Shown here piece after piece: positions 54,992 to 64,000 of a DNA stretch of 64,000 nucleotides. A program made the translations under genes and the position numbers. Origin of the DNA: the human T2T-CHM13v2.0 reference genome, Homo sapiens. The DNA is taken from NCBI RefSeq assembly GCF_009914755.1, contig NC_060929.1. One strand, given 5' to 3'. Numbering within the stretch: the stretch's first letter is position 1; each line of letters begins with the position of its first letter. The notes below the pieces were generated by a model. It was not told the origin of the DNA, did not search any database, and was given only the letters and a program-made list of their open reading frames with translations.

Positions 54992-55104
54992 AGAGCCATG
55001 TTCTCTTTTGTCCTGGATGGTCTGGAACTTCCAGGATCAAGTTATTCTCCCTCATTGACCTTCCAAAGTGCTGGGATTATAGGCATGAGCCACTGTGCCC
55101 TGCT
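54797..55104 (-). mobile_element. AluJ with an expanded poly(T) linker
   Basis: gagacagggtcttgctctgtcacccaggctgg...ccaaagtgctgggattataggcatgagccac. Confidence 0.9.
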
Positions 55105-55218
55105 TAATATTATTTTAATTGATGTTGAAATGTAATTGAAAGAAAATGAAATATTCCTCATTTAAAATTATAAATGAAGAAAAAATAATAACAAGCAGAA
55201 TAAAACAAACTTGGTTAA

Positions 55219-56799
55219 TTTTTATTTCAATTTTATTTTAGATTCAGGGTTACATGTGCAGGTTTTCTATATAGGTAAATTGCATGTCACAGGGTTTTGG
55301 TGTACAAATTGTTTTGTCACCTAGGTAATAAGCATAGTACCTGATAGGTAGTTTTTCAATCCTGTCCCTCCTCCCAACCTCCACCCTCAACTAGGCCCTG
55401 GTATTTGTTGTTCCCTTCTTTGAGTCCATATGTACTCAATATTTAGCTTCCACTTCTAAGTAAGAACATGTGGTATTTGTTTTTCTGTTTCTGCATTAGT
55501 TTGGTTAGGATAATGGCCTTCAGTTCCATCCATTTTGCTGCAAAAGGCATGATATCATTCTGTTTTATGGCTGCATAGTATTGTATGGTGTATATGTATC
55601 ATATTTTCTTTATCCAGTCTACCATTGATGGATAATTTAGGTTGATTCCTTGTCTTTGCTATTGTGAATAGTGCTGTGATAAATATAAGCATGCCTATGT
55701 CTTTATGGTAGAATAATTTATAGTCCTTTGAGTATATACCCAATAATGGGATTGCTGGGGTGAATGGTAGTTCTGTTTTAAGTTCTTTGAGAAATTGCCA
55801 AACTACTTACCAAAATGGCTAAACTAGTTTACATTCCCACCAGCAGTGCATTAGCATTCCCTTCTCTCCATAACTTCTCCAGCATCTGTTATTTTTTGAC
55901 TTTTTAATAACAGCCATTCTGACTGGTGTGAGATGGTACATCATTGTCATTTTAAATTGCATTTCTCTAATGATTAGTGATGTTGAGCATTTTTGCATAT
56001 GCTTGTTGGCCTCGTGTATGTCTTCTTTTGTAAAGGATATGTTCATGTCCTTTGCCCACTTTTCAATGGGGTTGTTTGTTCTTTGCTTGTAAATTTGTTT
56101 AAGTTATTTATAGATTCCGGATAAAATACCTTTGTGAGATGCATAGTTTGAAAATATTTTCTCTCATTCTGTAGGTTGTCTCTTTACTCTGTTGATAATT
56201 TCTTTCACTATGCAAGACCTCTTTAGTTTAACTAGGTCTCATTTGTCAATTTTTGTTTTTGTTGAAATTGCTTTTGGCATCTTTGTCATGAAGTCTTCCA
56301 GCGTTTGTATAGTATTTGGTTTTAGATTTAAGTCTAATCAACTCATGTTGAATTGATTTTTACATACGGTATAAGGAATGGGTCCAGCTTCCCTCCTCTG
56401 CATATGGCTAGCCAGTTCTCCCAGGACCACCTATTGAATACAGAGTCCATTCTCCATTGCTTGTTTTTGTTAACTTTGTCAAAGATCAGGTGGTTGTAGG
56501 TATATGGCATTATTTCTGGGCTTTCTATTCTGTTCCATTAGTTTACGTGTATGTTTTTGTACCAGTAACATGCTGTTTTGATTGCTGTATCCTTGTAGTA
56601 TAGTTAAACTTGGGTGACATGATGTCTCTAGCTTTGTTTTTTCTGCTTATGGTTGCCTTGGCTATTCGAGCTCTTTTTTGGTTCCCTATGAATTATAAAA
56701 TAGTTTTTTCTAATTCTGTGAAAAATGTCATTAGCAGTTTGATAGGAACAGCATTGAATCTGTAAGTTGCTTTGGGCAATATGGTCATTTTGATAATAT
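55219..56799 (-). mobile_element. 5'-truncated L1 (L1PA15/16-like)
   Basis: Reverse-strand L1 3'UTR and ORF2 fragments ([23 protein letters not shown]). Confidence 0.9.
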
Positions 56800-57100
56800 A
56801 AAAAATTATTTATTCATTAACATTGAGTATAAGACAGTTTTATGATTCTGTATCATACAAAATATTCTAATTACAATGATTTCAAAAATTTAAACCATGA
56901 GTAGAAAAATTAAAGTAACCTAAAATTTCACTACCTAAAAATAAATTTTAAAGAACATATTGGTAAAATTCACATGTCTCTCTATATGTATATCCAAAAA
57001 TACACTTAACAAGTAGACTCTTAATAAATACATATGTTTTTTATTTAAAGATTAATACATTGTATATCCTTTATTTATTTTCTGGATTTTTTTATTTTCT

Positions 57101-58132
57101 TCTTTTTATTATACTTTAAGTTCTAGGGTACATGTGCACAATGTGCAGGTTTGTTACATATGTATACATGTGCCATGTTGGTGTGCTGCACTGGTCAACT
57201 TGTCATTTACATTAGATATATCTCCTAATGTTATCCCTCTCCCCTCCCCCCACCCCATGACAGGCCCAGGTGTGTGATGTTCCCCACCCTGTGTCCAAGT
57301 GTTCTCATTGTTCAATTCCCACCTATGAGTGAGAACATGCAGTGTTTGGTTTTCTGTCCTTGTGATAGTTTGCTCAGAATGATGGTTTCCAGCTTCATCC
57401 ATGTCCCTACAAAGGACATGAACTCATCCTTTTTTATGGCTGCGTAGTATTCCATGGTGTATATGTGCCACATTTTCTTAATCCAGTCTATCATTGGTAG
57501 ACATTTGGGTTGGTTCCAAGTCTTTGCTATTGTGAATAGTGCTGCAATAAACACACGTGTGCATGTGTCTTTATAGCAGCATAATTTATAATTCTTTGGG
57601 TATACCCAGTAATGGGATGGCTGGGTCAAATGGTATTTCTAGTTCTAGATCCCTGAGGAATCGCCACACTGACTTCCACAAGGGTTGAACTAGTTTACAG
57701 TCCCACCAACAGTGTAAAAGTGTTGCTATTTCTCCACAACCTCTCCAGCACCTGTGGTTTCCTGATTTTTTAATGATTGCCATTCTCACTGGTGTGAGAT
57801 GGTATCTCATTGTGGTTTTGATTTGCATTTCTCTGACGGCCAGTGATGATGAGCATTTTTTTCATGTGTCTATTGGCTACATAAATGTCTTCTTTTTAGA
57901 AGTGTCTGTTCATATCCTTCCCCCACTTTTTGATGGGGTTGTTTGATTTTTCTTGTAAATTTGTTTAAGTTCTTTGTAGATTCTGGATATTAGCCCTTTG
58001 TCAGATGGGTAGAGTGTAAAAACTTTCTCCCATTGTGTTGGTTGCCTGTTCACTCTGATGGTAGTTTCTTTTGCTGTGCAGAAGCTCTTTAGTTGAATTA
58101 GATCCCATTTGTCAATTTTGGCTTTTGTTGCT
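57101..58132 (-). mobile_element. 5'-truncated L1 (L1PA5/6-like) with TSD
   Basis: Frameshifted ORF2 C-terminus and 3'UTR. 16-bp TSD gatttttttat(t/g)ttct at 57085-57100 and 58133-58148. Confidence 0.95.
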
Positions 58133-60089
58133 GATTTTTTTATGTTCTACATCTTTCACTCAGTACTGAAACTGATGGTATTGATAACTTTCTTTCTCTC
58201 AAGACTCACTCTAAATACATAAGTAGAATTGCATAAAGATAATATGAATTTGTTACTAGATGGGAAGGTTCAACATTAAAAAACTATTTTTCCTAAATTT
58301 ATCTATAATGCAATACAATCTGAATCCAAATCATGACAAGATTTTCTTAAAATTTAACAAGCATTTCACAGAAGAGTAAAAGAAAAAAAATTGAAGAAAC
58401 AATTTTTTAAATAAGTAGAACAGTTATCAGTTCTCAAGCTATTTTATAAAGTATAGATATTATAAAAAGTGGCATTAGCCTGAGAATAGATAAACCCAGT
58501 AGGGAAATTGGTCAATAAATTATACTAGTAATATTATGGAATGCTGAGTAGCAGTAAAATTTTAAAACATAAAACCTTATACCATCAATAAAATTTTTCT
58601 AAGCCTCTTAAAACTACAAAGTTGCAAGATAAAGTAGTGTAAAAATCATATAATGGCATATTTATAATTAATGCCAAATTCTCCTCAAAGACCACTGGAA
58701 AATCTGTAGGGATCAAACATCAAATTGAATTCATTAGAAACTTGCCACTGATCAGATGAATTTATTCACATGAAATTCTGGAGTAACTTGAGTACTTGGG
58801 TTTTAGAAAGTTTTATCATGCAGGATTAGGCCACGGGGTACTTAATTTCAGACAAGGATTACTAGGAACAATTCTGCCCAGACAGGGCTTGTATAGAGTT
58901 GGCAACTAGGAGAATTTCATTGGTCCAGTAGAGAGGTGAGACTGGGCAAAATTGTCCATGTTTGCACATTTTATACAGTTTGTCAATGAACTTGTTTTTC
59001 TGCGGTACATGGAACAAACACAGAAGATTCACCTGGTTATATGGACATATGTATACTGTTCTCCAGAAAACTAATAATCGTGTTTGATACACAGAAAGAA
59101 AAGTAATCCTAAATTAAACCTCAAACTGAGACAATTTTTAATATATTTCAAACATGATTACTAGCATCAAGGAAAACAACTCATATCTGACCTGTTTTCT
59201 TTGTCAATGTAAAAATATCTTGGAAATGTTTACCAATAAATGACATCATTCACAAGCAGAGCTGACATGAAATAGAATTCTAATCCAACCCACGAAAACA
59301 TTATGAACATTGTCTTTTTAAAAGATTATTTATCACTTATTTGAAATACAAAGTTTATGCCTGTGTAAGAGTAAAATTATTCTCAACCTTCATAAACTCT
59401 TTTATTTTATTTTATTAGGGATATTGCTGATGGTCTCTAGTGGTTTTTTGTTGTTGTTGCTGTTGTTCTTGTTGTTTATTTGTTTTTTGGGTTAAGTCTG
59501 TGAATCTCAATGAGGATGCTCATAAAATGTTTCTCCATTAGTTAATTTCATGGCACACTGCAGAATGGTGAATATTACTAAGCTTGCAGAAGTGTGCTCA
59601 GAATGTAAATAACAACCCACACACAGGTGCCAGAGACCTTTCACTCTCAAGCTTACCTTTTCACACTTCCTCCCTTCCTCCTTTTCTCATTCACTGTAGC
59701 AAAGACTGCTAATGTGAGGAACAAGTGAATCCATCAGACTGTCAAGGAAACTATGAATGTGAAGAATTTTAACACAATCAATGACTTGATGAATCTCAAA
59801 ATGCAGTCAAGTGAAGAGTTCAGAGCAAGTATGATCTTGGGACTAGAGAGTATAGTAGAAAGGGTTAGTGCAATCACTCTCTCCCTGTTATATCACTGAT
59901 ACATGTAAGAATTAAATAAAAATAAAAATTCAGTCTATATACTAGTCATGGAACCAGAAGCCTGGGCTAAATTTAGAATGTCCAGGGTGACAGATTCCTG
60001 CACTTAGCATGAATAATACCTAGCTCACAAAGTAAGGAGCTGCAAAAGTATTTTTAAAAACCTACTTTAAAATCAAAGAAGATTTATTA

Positions 60090-61046
60090 TAAGGAAATAG
60101 ACAATATCTTATGTTTAAAATAGGAGAATGCTAAATATTGTTAAAATGTCAGTTCTTCTAAACTTCATCTGTAGGTTCAACACAATCCCAATTAAAATTC
60201 CAGCAATTTATTTTGTAAATATCAACAAACTGATTTGAAAGTCTATATGGAAAGACAGAAGACCCAAAATAGCCAACATGGTTTTGAAGGGGAAAATTAA
60301 AGTTAGAGAACTGGCACTCCCTAACTTCAAGACTCCTAGAAGACAACATGGGAGAAAATCTAGGTGGCCTTGGGTTTGGCAATGAGCATTTAGAGAAAAC
60401 ACTAAAATCACTGTAGTGTGATGGGCCCCTGACTAGCTTATTTACAGATGTGTGTCCTTTGCCTGAACCTTGAAGGCTATACAGTGAACCAAGGCAATGG
60501 TGCCCAGGTATGGACAGGTGTCCCTGAGAACCTAAACATCCTGGAGAGTATCTGAGAACCTATCAAGGAAAACAGTTTCATTGTTCAAACACAATGAACA
60601 AAGAGCCAGAAAATTAGCTCAAAAACAGTTTAGAGAAGGGAGGTGGCATAGACGTCTAGAGCTGTCCTACCATTATCCAGGAGTGCCCTATATGTAAGTC
60701 CCAATAAACTCATCTACTCATCAAACCAGACTTACTCAAGCCATTCTTTGATCTCTCAGCACCTTTCCAGTTTGGGGAAGGAGGGGACATTACAATTCTA
60801 AGTTGTTCTCATAACAAACACGATCCATAAAAGAAAAAAAAATGACGAGTTAGAATTTATTAAAATTAAAACCTGTTCCATAAAAGGAGACTGAGAGAAA
60901 GTTTTTGCAAAATATACATCTGCTAAAGGACTTATACACAAAGAACAATTAAAATTCAACAATAAGAAAATGAATAACCGAATTAAAATATTAAATATAA
61001 GAACAGACACCTTATATATAAGACACCTTATACATATATATTTTCT

Positions 61047-61086
<40 letters not shown>

Positions 61087-61931
61087 AAATAAACTTATGA
61101 AAAGATATTCATCTTATGTCATCAGGAAAGAGCAAGTTAAAAGAACAAAGAGATACCACTACATTCCTATTTGAATGACTAATATCCAAAACACTAACAA
61201 TATTAAATGTTGGTGAGGATGTTATGCAGCAGGTACTCTCATTCATTGCTGGTGGGAACGCAAAATGGTACAATCACATTGTAAGACAGTTTAAAAGTTT
61301 CTTACAAAACTAAACATACCTTTACCATACAGTCTAGCAATCGTGTTCCTTGGTATTTACCCAAATGAGGTGAAAACTTACATTCACATAAAAACCTTCA
61401 TGTCAAAGTTTATAGCAGTTTTATTCATAGCTACCAAACGTGGAAGCAACCAAGATGCCAATCAATAAGTGAATGGATAAACTGTGTTACATCTATACAA
61501 TGGAATGTTATTCAGTAATAAAAAGAAATGAGTCATCAGGCCACACAAAAGACATAAAGGAACTTTAAATTCATATTACTAAGCTTGAAAAACAATGTAC
61601 TATATAATTCCAATTATATAACATTCTGGGAAAGGCAAGACCGGAAACATCAGTGGTTGCAAGGGGCTCAGGAAAAGAGAGCGAAGGCATGACAAACAGG
61701 TGGAACACAGGAGAGTTTTCAGTCCCTGAAATTATTCTGGGTGATCCTGTAATGGTGGGTATATGCCATACATTGGTCAAAACACATAGAATGTATAAAA
61801 CAACGAATGAGCCTTAGCGTAAACTATGCAGGAGAGGAGAAAAGAAGAGTATATGGGAATTCTCTATACTCTCCGCTCAATTTTTCTGTAAACCTAAAAG
61901 TAGTCTAAAAAATAAAGTCTCTTAATTAAAA
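60090..61931 (+). mobile_element. L1MC1-like 3' portion interrupted by an LTR
   Basis: aatattgttaaaatgtcagttctt...and a 3' end gtatatgggaattctctatactc...ctgtaaacctaaaa...aataaagtct. Confidence 0.8.
60412..60816 (+). mobile_element. Solo ERVL LTR (LTR47-like)
   Basis: TG...CA termini, caggtgtccctgagaacctaaacatcctggagagtatctgagaacc, AATAAA, and near-TSD atcac/aacac. The flanking L1 is contiguous across it. Confidence 0.8.
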
Positions 61932-62092
61932 ATTTTAAACAATCCCACTCAAAGAAATAGTAAAAGGGGAATCCTTTACTTATGTCCAGGGCTCAAGAGC
62001 AGGATATTTTCCTAGAAGCTTCCTGGCTGATGTGCTCTTACCTTCTACTGATAAAATTTGTGTCAAAATACCAAATTATATACCTGGTAACT

Positions 62093-62475
62093 TGATATGG
62101 TTTGGTCCTGTTTCCCCACCCAAATCTCATCTCAAATTGTAATCCCCAAGTGTCGGAGGAGGGGCCTGGTAGAAGTTCACTGGATCATGGGGGCAGATTT
62201 CCCCCTTGCAGTTCTCATGATACTGAGTGAGTTCTCACGAGATCTGATGGTTTAAAAGTATGTGGCACTTCCCATTCTCTCTCCCTCTCCTGCTTCACCA
62301 TGGTAAGATGCGCTTACTTCCCCTTTGACTTCTGCCATAATCATAAGTCTCCTGGGGCCTGCCAGTCATGATTCCTTTTGAGCTTGTAGAGTTGTGAGTC
62401 AATTAAACCTGTTTTCTTCATAAATTACCCAGTCTCAGGTAGTTCTTTATGGCAGTGTGAGAACAGACTAATAGA
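62093..62475 (+). mobile_element. MaLR solo LTR (MSTA/THE1D-like)
   Basis: tgatatggtttgg...cccacccaaatctcatctc...ataaattacccagtctcaggtagttctttatggcagtgtgagaacagactaata. Confidence 0.9.
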
Positions 62476-63655
62476 CAAAGGTAATGAAAATGTCATTGTT
62501 GATTTAGCCTAAGCCGAATTTTCCCTCTGGATCTCAGAAGGGGCCCTGGGGTATGTCTGTTTTGTGGGTAACCAACAGTGTCTGCTACAAATTGGGATGT
62601 TTGAAATACAGCTAAACCCTATAGGCTTCCAACATTCTGGCCAATTAGGATGATAAAAATAGAGAAGTTATAATAGAACATATAAATAGTATTTTTTTTA
62701 CTCTTTAGATAATCATGTAAAGACATATCAACAAAGAACCTAAAAGACTGCTTTTAAAAAATAGCATATAAACTTTTGAACTCAGTTTGATTGATCAGGG
62801 AACAATTAACAACATGCATTTGTCTATACTCACATGCATACACACTGATTCAAAAAATTATTCAAATAAAGCTATGTGTTCAGGAATATTTAGTATACTA
62901 AAATAGAAAAATGAAATGGTATCAGGAAGTCTGTAATGTAGTTTATGTTGTTCAAATCATGTGGGTACAAAAAATCTGAGCTGACATATTTAGCAGCTTC
63001 TAATACTAAATACTCAAATACTATGATTGAAATATATAAAAAAAAATGGCAGTTCCAAAATGTCAATGAATATAATAAAATGAGATTATTCTGTATTCCC
63101 AAAAGAAAGAAACCAGTGCCTAAAGGAGGCATGGAAAGGACTCATTGCTCATTTCCCACTGCCTTAGCTGAAATTAGACTCTGAAAGTAGGGGGTTCCTA
63201 AAGGTTGTTGATTTTGGTCAATGGTTCCAGAGATCTGGACTAGGTAACTGATAATGAATCAATAAAAGGATACATTGTTGAGTGGTCAAAAATCTGTGCA
63301 ACTGAGACCATTCTGTAGGGACCTTTTAATAAGCCCAGAGCATATCATAGATTAATCACTAGATAATAAAAGTTGAAGAACATTTTACGTCTGCCTCCTG
63401 CCCCAGTAATCAAGGGTGCCTTATAAGTCCCTTTTACCCCCAGGTTGCACATGAATGACTACTAAGCCTGTTCCCATAAGCATGCAACACCAGTTTCAGA
63501 GGTAGCCTGATTCTGAAAGTGAGAGGCAAGTAGTTGAGAAAAGGAGCTGTGAGGTTATACCTATGCAAATCTGATTGCCACAAAAATGATAGGACTAAAC
63601 ATTGACTAAGAATAGGGCATAAGAGATAGCTAACATACGTACCAAGAGGATACAT

Positions 63656-64000
63656 TGTGCATTTGTTATTTCTTATTGTTGTATAACACATGACTATAAA
63701 TGCAGTGAATTAAAACATCACCTGTTTATTAGTTCATAGTTCTGTAGGTAAGAAGTACACATGGACTTAACCAGGTTCTTTGCTTAGGGTCTTACAGTGC
63801 CGAAATCAAGCTGGACTTTTATCTGCAGCTTCTGGGGAAGAATTTCCTTCTAAGATTATTCAAGTTTTTGGTAGAATTAAGCTCATTATCCTTGTAGGAC
63901 TGAAGTCCACTCTTGGTTGGGGATTGATTTAGCTCCTGGTATCCACTCTCAGGTACTTGCCACATGGTCACCTCTAGTGCAGCAATAAAGAGCCTCCATT
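63656..64000 (-). mobile_element. MaLR LTR (MLT1E-like), runs off the window
   Basis: ttattgttgtataacacatgac...tttattagttcatagttctgtagg...gggaagaatttccttctaag...tgtaggactgaagtcc. Confidence 0.7.

Noticed and set aside
59657-59693. Possible 37-nt minus-strand exon
   Set aside because: Isolated, with competing upstream AGs and no partner exons found.

Overview
AT-rich, CpG-depleted primate (most likely human or great-ape) nuclear DNA, judged from AluY/AluS/AluJ, L1PA3-to-L1ME, MIR, L2, Tigger3 and MaLR/ERVL/ERV1 LTR sequences recognised by eye. It reads as intronic or intergenic. I see no CpG island, no RNA gene and no recognisable protein-coding gene; the ORF track is L1 ORF2 fragments, Alu/LTR read-through and chance ORFs. 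Two repeat-poor blocks (about 1-16.5 kb and 36.3-43.6 kb) alternate with dense nested transposon blocks. The most interesting unexplained signal is a + strand series of five very small candidate exons with good splice sites (486-531, 3353-3371, 5495-5556, 7688-7722, 9445-9476), plus distal candidates (38745-38790, 40499-40570). The first four join into 162 nt that is open in two frames. This could be a spliced lncRNA, a multi-exon 5'UTR, a microprotein or a decayed gene; I could not identify it. Other highlights are a ONECUT-like motif cluster, a nuclear-receptor site cluster, an L1 inserted inside an Alu target-site duplication (TSD), an AluY that truncates a Tigger3 with no TSD, and a ~365-bp almost pure AT run. 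Repeat subfamily names come from remembered consensus sequences and need RepeatMasker/Dfam confirmation. I do not claim a demonstrated novel biological system.
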